Position numbers and translations under genes: made by a program. This document shows positions 46,089-57,597 of a DNA stretch of 63,229 bases, in pieces. The stretch comes from Aplysia californica (lineage: Eukaryota). The notes under the pieces are model-generated. The model saw only the letters and a program-made list of their open reading frames with translations. It ran no database searches and was not told the DNA's origin. The DNA lies in contig NW_004797581.1 of the NCBI RefSeq assembly GCF_000002075.1, forward strand, positions 62,001 through 125,229. The letters run 5' to 3'. The number at the start of each line of letters is the position of its first letter. The stretch's first letter is position 1.

Positions 46089-46724
46089 TAAATTGTTCTG
46101 TGTTTATCTTGGCATAATTTAACTCTTTGTATCCTCACCATTCCCCCTGGACCAAGTGCTGGTTTTGGGATTATTGCTCAAATTAATGATTAGGAATTTA
46201 GGATGCATAATTTGAAGTGCTGTCATTCTTTCATTTGCCATTAAATTTTGACGAGAACACTCTTTTGATGCAGTTTTTACATTTTAAAATACTAGTTTTC
46301 TTTTCGAATGTGAGAAAATGATTGTAAGTAGATGTCATCCTTTGTCTGTCTTCATGGTTATCACTCACAACTCGAGTGTTTAGAATTTAGCCACCATGCC
46401 CGCTTCGATCTGTAATATTAGGCCCGCCTCTGTTCTAAAGACCTAGTGGGTCCGCAAATCCCAGCACATGTGTTTTCACCAGAATCGAGAGCAAAATGTT
46501 CCACGTCTGCACCTTCAGCACTTGTATTTTATAGCCAAATCGCTTTCATCCAACAATTCTGTCTCACTCTCAGAATCCAGTGCCATTGTGCGAAGTACAA
46601 ACACACACACACACACCCACACACACACACACATCATGTAGATATGTTTTTAATATAGGGTAAATATATCTTTGAATGAGGTGAAGATTGTATGTCTGTC
46701 TCTCTCTCCTCTCTCTCTTTCTTT

Positions 46725-46813
46725 CTCTCTCTCTTACTTTCTAGTTTCTCTCTCTTACTTTCTAGTTTCTCTCTCTTACTTTCTAGTTTCTCTCTCTTAC
46801 TTTCTAGTTTCTC
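46725..46813. repeat. 21-bp minisatellite (CTCTCTCTTACTTTCTAGTTT)n running into a gap
   Basis: About 4 identical units before the N run at 46814-46984. Confidence 0.9.
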
Positions 46814-46984
46814 NNNNNNNNNNNNNNNNNNNNNNNNNNNNNNNNNNNNNNNNNNNNNNNNNNNNNNNNNNNNNNNNNNNNNNNNNNNNNNNNNNNNNNN
46901 NNNNNNNNNNNNNNNNNNNNNNNNNNNNNNNNNNNNNNNNNNNNNNNNNNNNNNNNNNNNNNNNNNNNNNNNNNNNNNNNNNNN
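46814..46984. other. Assembly gap
   Basis: N run. Confidence 1.
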
Positions 46985-47253
46985 ACATTCATTTTTGTTG
47001 GCTTCGTTTCTTTTTAAATAAAAATGTACGGCTGTTGTCGAATTGCTTAAGCTAAGCCTGTTGGATAGTGAGTCCTAATACCAGAATCCTTTTACGCAAG
47101 AAACATTCAGTGAGTACAATAAAAATTATGAGAGTGCACACCATAGACATGTTGTATTATAATATTCTAGACTGTTCACTCTGGCATCGCAACGATTGTT
47201 GTTATTTTTTTAACTTTACCCCCCCCCCCAAAAAAAAAAAACAACAACAACAA

Positions 47254-47745
47254 GGGGCTCTCGTGGTCTAGAGGATAAGGTGTTCACCTCTCATTCAATA
47301 GGTCCCGGGTTTGAATTGGGAAAGCGACAGAAATTTTTCTTCTCTAAAAACTTTCTCCTTTCACATCCTGTTCTGCTTTCTAACAATGTTCTGTCGTCCG
47401 TTTTCGTCTCCCCTTTCTGCCCACACCCCCTCACCTCCTTTGCCCACTCCTGTGGGCTCCTGACTCTTTCTACGGCCTTTCTACTGCCACTCCTTGGCTC
47501 CGTCTTTCTGCTGTCACTTACCCCTGATCTAATGGTAGATAAGATCTACACCTAGCCTGCTTGGATGAGGGCAAAAAATCTCGGAGGTCCTGTGTGCAAC
47601 ATTCCTTGATGGTCCATAACCTATAAAAGTGGGCTTCAGCGGCCACCCAGGCAAAATTCGAAATTTCCTACCAACTTAAAATGTTTACTGTGTCCCACGC
47701 GCTCACATGACTTTAAGCAGTTGAGTCCGTCATAAAACACTTATG
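47254..47745 (+). mobile_element. tRNA-headed SINE family C
   Basis: A box TGGTCTAGAGG, degenerate B box, shared tail (decayed). Confidence 0.82.
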
Positions 47746-47914
47746 AAATAAAAAAAACAACCCCCTACACAAAAAAACCACACGCCCAAAAATAAACCAA
47801 CGCAACAAAAAGGATGTTCCCACGTTTTGTTTGTTTGATACATCTTCATGCACTTTCCCTGCAGTTGAAATTTGATTAGCAGAATATTCGTTGGGCCTAC
47901 GTTGATTTGTATGT

Positions 47915-47990
47915 CTGTGTGTGTGTGTGTGTGTATGTGTGTGTGTGTGTGTGTGTGAGAGTGTGCGGGTGAGTGAGTGTGTGTGTGTAC
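47915..47990. repeat. (GT)n microsatellite
   Basis: Seen directly. Confidence 0.95.
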
Positions 47991-48090
47991 ATGTCTCTTC
48001 CTGAAGGGCTTTGGGGGGGGGGGGGGGGGGGGGTAAGGTAATGAACGCACTCGACTGTTGAGAGGCTGATATTTTGCTCTTTATTATTAT

Positions 48091-48392
48091 TTTTTTCTGC
48101 AAAGTGTGAACCATATCAGCACCTAAATAAAGAGCTTTCTTCTTCTTCTTCCACGTTCTCGATGACAGCAGCTAGACAGTCAGTCCGATGTCCCGCAAAC
48201 TGTGCGGTCCACGTCAGATCTGAGAGACAGCCATAGAGCTTTCTCTCAAGGGGAGCCACATTCTGCCACGTCTGTGTACGAAGGGTGGCGTAGCGCGGGC
48301 AGTGCTGATCCTTCAGCTATCATCGAGAACGAGGTACAAGAAGAAGAAAGCTCTTTATTTAGGTGCTGATGGTGCACACTTCGCAGAAAAAA
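48091..48392. repeat. Long inverted repeat (MITE-like), ~80-bp arms
   Basis: ATCAGCACCTAAATAAAGAGCTTTCTTCTTCTT mirrored by AAGAAGAAGAAAGCTCTTTATTTAGGTGCTGAT. Confidence 0.85.
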
Positions 48393-49866
48393 TTCCGCAC
48401 GGCGCACAGAGTGGCGGCTATGACAGTGTATGGTCTAAGATATTTTGTAATTCTATAGTGTGGTAGAAAATTCATGGTGAGGCAGGAGCATCTTCATTTC
48501 TTTGTCCTCCTACTGTTTTGTGTAATTTGTGTGATCGGTCATTACAATTTTAGTTTTGGTTATAATCTATTAGTTTTTGTGCATGCTTAGATCTAGTTGT
48601 AACAACCAACATATTGTGTTTCACCCCACGTGCCAGCATTTTATATAAGCTTCTTTGAAAGGCTAAACTCGGTCCAAGCTTAGATCTGTTCTGAAAAGCT
48701 AGTAGCATCTTTATTACTTTGTCCTCCTATGTTTTGATTAACTTGTATCGTCAGTCGTTACACTCTCAGCATTAGTTGTAGTCCCTAAATTTTTTTGGCA
48801 TATTCAACCAATTGTTTGTGTTTAACCACAGGCGCTAGCATTTTACAGGTTTCTTTTCAAGGCTAACCTCTATAGGCCTATATCTGAGTCTAGATGCGTT
48901 CTGAAAAGTGAGCAGCATCTTTTTTTCTTGTCTTCCTACTGTTTTGAGTAATTTGTGCTTTCGGTCAGTACACTCTCACTTTTGGTTACAATCTATTAGT
49001 TTTTGTGTGTGCTCAGTTGTAACAGCTAATGTTTTATTGTGTTTGACAATAGCATTTTTTACGCTTCTTTACGAGTCTAAACTCTAACCAAGCCGAGTTG
49101 TGTTCTGAAAAGCTGGTGGCATAGTTATTTCTTTGTCTTTTTACTGTAACTTGTGGTGGTTGGTCGTTACAATCACAGTTTTGGTTGTATTTTATTTGTT
49201 TTTGGGCATGTTTCACAGGAGGACAAAGAAATAAAGATGTTTCCGACTTTTAAAACACATCTAGGCTCGGATAGAGTTAAGTAGTTCAAAGAAACGTCTA
49301 AAATGCAAGCACCTGTGGTAAAATACAATAAGACGTTGCTTGTTACAACGAGACATGCACCAAAACTAATAGATCATAGCCAAAACTTCGAGTGTTATGA
49401 CTGACCGCACCAGATAATCAAAACAGGAGGACAAAGAAATATACACATGTACATGCTACCAGCTGTTCAGAAGACATCTAGGCTTGGTTACTTAACTTAG
49501 ATTTTAGCCTTATAAAGAAGCCATTAAAATGCTAGCACCTGTGGTAAAACAGAATGTGTTGGTTGATACAACTAGACATGCACGAAAACTAATAGTAATA
49601 GATTATTAACAAAACTTAGAATCTAACGACCGACCGCATAAGTTAATAAAAACTGTAGGAGAGCAAAGAAATAAATAAGATGCTGCCATCTTTTCAGAAT
49701 ACCTCTCCGCTTGGTTAGAGTTCAGCCATCCAAAGTTAAGAAGCCTATAACATTTCGCACCTTCGTTCGAACACAATAGTGTGTTAAATTGTTACGTGCA
49801 TGCACAAAAACTAATAGATTATAACCATCAGTGGGAGTGTAATGACCGACCGCACAATCTACTCTA

Positions 49867-51451
49867 CAGTGGCGGCTCGTGGTTTATAGTTATAGAACTG
49901 ACCGGCGGTCATTCACGTCGACTATTTTTCCCNNNNNNNNNNNNNNNNNNNNNNNNNNNNNNNNNNNNNNNNNNNNNNNNNNNNNNNNNNNNNNNNNNNN
50001 NNNNNNNNNNNNNNNNNNNNNNNNNNNNNNNNNNNNNNNNNNNNNNNNNNNNNNNNNNNNNNNNNNNNNNNNNNNNNNNNNNNNNNNNNNNNNNNNNNNN
50101 NNNNNNNNNNNNNNNNNNNNNCGCAGTCCCCACCCCCACCCCCTCCCCCACTCACACACACACAGACCACAGTAAACATTGTAATAATGTGAAAGAGCTC
50201 AAATATGCGGTAGCGTCAAGAAACAATATTATGAATAATGTAAGATGGAAGTTACTGAAATTAATAGAAACTCGCTTGATCGGCACAGAAAAAGAAACAC
50301 ACTACTTCAGTCTAAGCTAGAAAACAAACTGAAAGTGAGAAGCAATAAACCGCTGGTCCTGGCCTTCGGTACAATACTTTACTCGTACTTTCTACACCCC
50401 CCCCCCCCCCACAAAATATCGACGTGCACTGAACCCGTATGTAATAAGAACTGTCCTGTATGATGACAGAAAGTCAATTGCTACTGTACCAGTGACACTG
50501 TCCCAAGCAGATCAAGTCTACGATCAGATGCTATACAAAGCTGGACAAAGCACACACGTCTCCGATCATAATATCATCAAATGTACTTCATCGCACTTCT
50601 CACTTCTCAGAACTGAACACTGTTGTAACAAAGTGGGGAAACGTGTCAAATGCTAATTATAGAACTTGGTGTCTAGCTGGGGTGAGGGTTGAAAAGGGGA
50701 GGGAAGGGAGGGGGTTTTCGGCCCAGACTCTGACAGCCGAGTGTCTAACGCTCCTCGTTAAAATTTTCCTGATATATATCTTCACTAGACGATTCCTTCT
50801 TTCGCCGGCCAGACTCCTAAGGGCCAGGTAAGTTATTAGTGGGGAGAAAACGATGAGTAAATGCCAAACAAGAACTATAGGTGGTTAAAAAGTCAATAAA
50901 CAAAAAAGAGTAGTGCCATGCTGACAATAAATGTTCTGATAGTAGTTAGAGAAAGGCTGAATGATAAATACATGTTTTGCTGATAAAATAATACATGTGT
51001 CTGTGCTGCTCAAGACAGTCTCATTCTTAATTTTGTAAGCTACAAAGAGGCCAATCTGGCAATCAAGGGATATACCAATCTTTCTGTGGGCTGACGATGG
51101 ATTTGTCCATGGGACTGAGTCGTCGCTAGGCCGTGTGTTTGGCCTCGTTCGTAGTAGCCTACGAAGTTCCGCGACGTGACGGTTTGACGGGAGACGATTT
51201 AAAGTTACGAGCCGGCGCGATAACAAACGGGAAGGAATGAGGTTATGTCGCGACAAAACAGCAGTGAATCCCACTTGTCTATTTGAGCGCCTTCAAATCG
51301 GCAAGGTGTTTTTGAATGTTGATACATGTTTGTTTGGATTTACTTAAAACTGAATGAAAATCGTCATCAGCAATAAACCTCTAGTCAACAGTTCAGTTGA
51401 CAAAAATCTGACCGGCACCACCGGTCTTGTCCAGTTAACAAACCGCCTCTG
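49867..51451. mobile_element. Non-autonomous hAT-type element inserted in the satellite
   Basis: Termini CAGTGGCGG / CCGCCTCTG; 8-bp TSD CTACTCTA at 49859-49866 and 51452-51459. Confidence 0.88.
49933..50121. other. Assembly gap
   Basis: N run. Confidence 1.
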
Positions 51452-52669
51452 CTACTCTAAACAGTTGGACAACAAATAAATAGGCCTAAAGATGCTTCCC
51501 GCATTTAAGAACGCTTCTAGACTTTGATAGCGTTGAGCCGTGCAAAGAAACCTATAAAATGCTAGCGTCTGTGGTAAACAACAATTATAGCTTGCTTATT
51601 AAAACTAGGCATGCATGAACAAAAGTTAATGATATAATATTATATATTGTAACTAATACTGAAAGTGTAACGACCGACCGCACAAAACAAATAAAATCAG
51701 CAGAGGGACAAAGAAATAAAAATGCTATTGGCTTTTCAGAACATATTTAGGTTTGGTTATAGTTTAGTCATGCAAAGAGGACTATAAAATATTGCACCTG
51801 TGGTCAAACACAATAATGTATTAGCTGCTACAAGTAGGCAGGTTCAAAATCTAATAGATTTAAATTATACCTAAAAGTAAGAGCGTATAGACCGCCCGCC
51901 GAAGTCACCTAAAACAGTTGGCAGACAAAGAAATTTAAAGATACTTCCCGCATATTTAAGAACGCTTCTACTTCTAGACTTTGACCGGACCATCAATGAT
52001 TTATTTATAGAGGCACCAGCCATCCATGTCCAGGTGCTGTTTTAGCCTTTCTAGACTTTGATAGTCTGATAGAGTAGAGCTGTTCAAAGAAACCTAGGCT
52101 AGCATCTGTGGTAAAACGCAATAATAGCTTGCTTGTTAAAACTAATAAAACTGGGCATGCATGCACAAAAGCTAATGATATAATATTATATATTGTAACT
52201 AAATATTGAAAGTGTATACGACCGACCGCACAAAACAATAAATAACATCAGCAGAAGGACAAAGAAATAAAAATGCTACAGGCTTTTCAGAACACATTTA
52301 GGCTTGCTTAGAGTTTAGCCATGCAAATAATCCTATAAAATGCTAGCACCTGTGATAAAACACAATAATGTGTTGTTTGCTACAACGAAGAAAGCCCCAA
52401 ACAAAAGCTTATAGAGTATAACCAAAACTGGAACTGTAATGACCAACCACGCAAGCTACTCAAAACAGCAGGAGGACAAATAAATAAAAATTCATCCCGC
52501 TTTTCAGAACACATCGAGACTTTTATAGAGGTTAACCTTATACTGGTAAAGAAGCATAAAATACTAGCACATGTGTTAAAACACGATAATGCGTTGATTG
52601 TTGCAACTGGGCTTCCACAAAAGCTCATAGATTATAAACAAATCAGAGAATGTAACGATCGACTGCATA

Positions 52670-55600
52670 TAGACTATGGGCTACTGGAACCCCCCCTGGG
52701 GATTTTTGCTCACTATGATTTTCTGAAAGAGCACACTCAGGACTATGCACACAAAAAAGTTTCCACCAAAATGTTGGCAATCTGCGGAGATATTGCCCCT
52801 GAATTGTCGAAAATTGAGCAAATTACATTTTTTTTTAAAATTCACTTTTTTAGTTGGTATTCTGATTTTCTTTTAATTGAGACTAAAGTTAGTTTTGTAG
52901 GTTAAAGAAATACAGTTATACTGAATATTTTGTGGTAGTTATTTACATAGCTTATAGAGAAAAAAATAATGTTTTAAGTCCGTTTTCTCTAACAATTGAA
53001 AACAGCCGCACAAAGTAAGCGTAATAATATACTCCCTGCTGGGTATTACCACAACAAAGGAAAAGCTACACATGCAAAACATTTAGTTCAACAGAAAATC
53101 AGTACAGTGCAGCGTTACAGACAGGCCTTAGCAATGCAGATGGATATTGGCTATTTGTGTACATGATGTAGGCCTATTATGTTGAGTTGTCTCGTACAAA
53201 GAAATTTATATAATTGAGAAAAGATTATAGCATCTAGAAATTGACTTGCATAGAGCATAATATGTAACAGAAGTGAGTTGCTTGGGTGCTAGTTATCCAA
53301 ATTTTATAGGCCTACTGTAAGTCAGTTGGTGTTGCATGTAAAGTCTTATTTAGATGCTTTCTATGTCATCAGTTCATCTTCACTGCTGTCACTTCCAGAA
53401 TCTGAAATCTCATCTTCTTCATCACATATGATAGAAGAGATGGCTTTCATCTTTGTCTACCTCTTGTTCTGTATCTGATCCTGACAAAATATCAACCAAT
53501 TGTTGAGGGACCAAGTCTTTGCACCACTCCACTGAGAGCACTCCACCATTATCTCTCTTCCAACCATGATCTTTTGGATCAGGTACATTTGTATTAATGG
53601 TTGAGCCAGATGTGCTTGCTTCCATATTAAAGTTTAATACTATTAATAGTTTATGCCTGGGATGTGCAGCTTCAGGGCTTCTCTTGCATGCTGTCAAATC
53701 CATCAAAGCATGACAGTAAGCTTTGACCTTTTGTCATGTACTTTAGCCTTACAAGGTCATGACGGATTTTGTTTGTGCTAGAGTAAGCTGGTTTTCCGTA
53801 CAGGTGACAAATAAACTTTTCCAGATTGGAAAACAGTTTTGAAGAAACAGTTTCAGATGTTCCTTGCTCCTTAAATGAAACAGAAAACTCTGGGTGCTTG
53901 TGGAGAATGGTGAGCGGCTTCACCTTTCCTTTCTGGACAAAATCGCTAGTCTCCTTACATCCAAAGAATGCATGGAGTCCAAGAATAGAATCCTGTAAAT
54001 GTGTCTGAATGTGTAGACATCTTCTTGTTTTCCCAACCCCTGTGTCAAAATTCAAATTGTGTGTGAAATGTTGAACAAATGCAATCATCAGTAGAAAGAC
54101 GTCAGTGCCTGGGGACCGAATAATGATGTCTGTGTTTTGAGTAGCAATGTTCTGATCAGAGAAGACGGCATGCACGATCAGTAGTGTGTCTGCTTCCTCG
54201 TGGCTGGAGGATAACTCTGGAACATGTCTTGAGTCTGTAGTCTTTCCATCACTGCTACTGAGGACAAAGCACTGTTGGTCACTTGCAAAGTATATTTCTC
54301 TGTTCAGCAACATCATTGCATAACAATCGTGTTGCCATACATAAAGTAAGAACTGTGTCAGTTGCCTTTTTGTTTTCATTATTCACGGAACACTTTGAAA
54401 TTTTTGATACTCTGTTTGTTATCAAGGTGGGTTCCACCTTAGAATTGATAAAACACAGGTCAAGCTGGGTTTTTTTTTTTTTTTTTTTGGAATATGGATT
54501 GATCCTTTCTTTGTTCTGTCAACCTCTGGTGTTGGAGTGGGAATGTATGACTGCTTTTTGATTTCTCGTATGACTAGTCCATGAGTTGAATGTGTGGTTC
54601 CAGCTCCTGATAAAATTTCCTCATTCAAGTCAAAATTGTCTCAGCAGAAGTGAGTGATGAGGTTGTTGTCAGGCATGATGGATGGGGCCAAACTACCTGA
54701 AGAAACCTGTATATTGTCACACATGGCAGTTTCTACTTCTAAGAGAAATGAGTGGGATACAGAATGTCCTTGCCGGTTTAAGATATTGATCAGCTGAGTG
54801 TTTCCTGTTGGATGACGGACACATATACCAATCATACTATGTTTAGGCATTTTCCACTCCCCTTTCGTCACATTGTAGCATACATGTATATCCTGGCCTG
54901 GAGAAACAACTCTCCTGTGGCATCTTGTTGACTGTGGTTTTCCATTCTTGGAGTAAAGAAAGGAAAGAAATATTGTTAATACTTGTGGTATCTGCAAAGT
55001 TTCTGTGCGCAGATCTGTGTCTGCTGAAAGCCAAGGTAACTTTTGACTTTCATTGTATCCATCAAGAACAGGTCGTCGTATCACCTTTGCCACTTCTATA
55101 ACAAGTCTCTCTTCAGAGGTCATATTTTCAAAGGCAACTTCGACAGCCTGCCCAGTTGAAATTTCATCAGAGTACACGAGATCACTTGTCCCAGAAAATC
55201 TCTGCCAGAAATTGATCCTGGGCTTGAAGTGCTTCACAAGTTTCTCCTCAACTTATATGTCTTGTAGTACTTGTAAAACTCTGGATAATTTGTTTGCATG
55301 AAAGTACAATACATCTCTTTCAAAAGACTAATCCTAGCAACAAGGGCCAGCGCAGTGACATGTTCTTCCACAAACTGACGGACGTGCTTGGAGTGGGCTT
55401 CTTCCTCTGCAGCTGGAGCTACCCTTCTTTCTTTCTTCAGCCTCTTCTTCTCCAGAACAGTATTTAGATGTAGAAACTTGTGAACGTCAATCCTTCTTAT
55501 GTGTGCAAGCTTTTCTACATGGTTCATGATACCATGCCTCTTGGGCAATGAGAACAGCATTTTCAATTTGGCCCCGAAGTTTTGAGTCAGATTTCCTTTT

Positions 55601-56911
55601 TACAGCTTCTTTTATAGGGGCTTCAGATTTTCTGGTAACACATTTGACAAGTTTATGAACTTTATTGGTTCCCTTGCTGTCATGTGTCCATTCAGTAGTC
55701 TTTTCATAGAAAAGGCATTGAATAGGCTAGAGGCGTGTTGAAAATGATTGCTTTACTTTTTTCCTAGTGGAGCAAGAACCTTCTAGTGCTGATTTGTCAG
55801 ACTCTCCTGGTGAATGCCTTTTTCTTAGACTCCTCAACGTGGTGAATGTATTGTAGCAGTAATCATGAAACCCATGTTGAGCAGAGTCAAACTCAGTCTG
55901 TATTCTTTCACAAATTGAGGATAGTCTATCACTGTCAGTTTCTGCAAGTCACCGTTGTGTTTTTGATTTTTGAATGGTGTCCCAGCGTCTCTCAGTGTCA
56001 GTGAGAGGTTTTGTTTCATCATGGCCTTTGCAGTTACAGTCTGAGTTATGCACTACTCATTGTCCTTTCTTCAAGCTGTTCTTTCTTTTGAGATTTTGAC
56101 CTGTCTTTCTTTGATGTCAAGGGAACTGATTTCAGTTCTACCTTGCTTAATTTAGAACATTCCAATCATTCTCTGAAGCATACTCGTATACTTGTATAAA
56201 GAAAATTGTACATTGCTAGAAAAAGCAGACTTCAAATTTTTCACCTCTGTCTTCTTTTAAATTAGCTTTAACTAACAAAATGTTTTTCAAGACTCCTTTA
56301 TCATGCCCATATGATTGATCTAGACTATATCTGAGACAAAAGTACTCATGCCGCCTTTTTGACGTTTTTAAAATGACGTGCGGCAGTTTTGTATTTTTTC
56401 AATATAGCAATAGCAAGGGTCATAACTCCTTAAATCATAGTTATTTTGCACAAAATCCTTCTCATTTTGTGCCTCAAACTTTGAGTCAAAGTGTGTTCCT
56501 ATCAGAAAACTATTGTACCGGGTTATAGAAGATCTGAAGCAATGGAATTAATCATTTCTATAGATTTTGAGAAATCAGCCTTTGAATTTTCTTTTTTCCT
56601 CTCTGCACCTTGTAATTAATTAGTAAGAATTTTTTTTTTTACAACATTTACAATACATCATCTTATAATATTTGAGTTTTACATCATATGAAAGTATACA
56701 TTTTTGGCTTCACAGAGAACCCCAACATAAAAATCAAGTGTTTTCTTAATTTCTGGACAATCAAGGGCCGTAACTCTGTAGATTGCCAACATTTTGGTGC
56801 AAACTTTTTTGGGGGAAATCCCTAGGTCCTACCCTTTCAGAAAATCATGGTGGCGAAAAATCCCCAGGGGGGGGGGGGGGGGCAGGTTCACTCCCAGTAG
56901 CCCATAGCCTA
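52670..56911 (-). mobile_element. Degenerate Academ (AcademX-type) DNA transposon
   Basis: Termini TAG(A/G)CTATGGGCTACTGG; ~140-bp imperfect TIRs; 3-bp TSD ATA (52667-52669, 56912-56914). Minus-strand relic ORFs carry DNFDLNEE..G.GTTH.THG and XPG/PIN-like SHEEADT, SPGTDV, LHAFFGC, KGKVKP, FICHLYG, PDPKDHGW. Confidence 0.85.
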
Positions 56912-57597
56912 ATACGTTACTCAAAACAGTTGGACAAAGAAATAGAATACCTCCAGTTTTTTATAACACAGTAAGTTTTGAATTTTGACAGATTTAGTTG
57001 TGCACAGAAAACTATAAAATGACAGAACCTGTGATTAAACAAAATACTTTGTTGTATTTTACAATTAGGCATCCACAAAAACTAAAACATAAATAAAACA
57101 AAAAGTGTTTCGACCGACCGCCCAAGTTACTCAAAATTGTAAGAATTCAGTCATAAAAATACTTCCAGCTTTTTATAACACAGTTAGTTTCGATAGAGGT
57201 TAGCCGAGCACAGATACCTATGGAATACCAGAACCTGTGTCAATACATGATAGTTTGTTGGTTTTTACAATAAGGCATGAAGAAAAACTAATAGATTATC
57301 ACCACCAATGCAAAAATTGTAACCGACCCACTACTCAAGTTACTCAAAACTGTAGGAGGACAAAGTAAGTAATAAGGATATTTACAGCTTTATAAAACAC
57401 ATTTAGATTCGACTGCGTTTAGCCGTGCTCAGAAACGCATAAAATTTTAGAACTGTGTTAAAACATATTACTTTTGCTAATTAGCAAAAACTAGAAGATT
57501 ATAGCCAATACAAAAAGTGTAACGACCGACTGCCCAAGTTACTCAAAATTGTAGGAAGACAAAGTAATTAAGATACTTCCAGCTTTTCATAACACAG

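Larger units (their letters stand above)
48484..57597. repeat. Diverged ~210-bp tandem satellite in two opposite orientations, interrupted by transposons
   Basis: Marker AGGAGGACAAAGAAAT recurs inverted at ~48500, 48720, 48930, 49130 and direct at ~49217, 49425, 49656, 51465, 51700, 51915, 52250, 52466, 56930, 57140, 57352, 57550. Confidence 0.9.

Noticed and set aside
53672-54379. Host XPG/FEN1-family nuclease gene
   Set aside because: Intronless, frameshifted and enclosed by TIRs with a TSD; it is transposon-derived.
48484-57597. CRISPR-like array
   Set aside because: Whole ~210-bp units are homologous, with no unique spacers and no cas genes; the context is eukaryotic.
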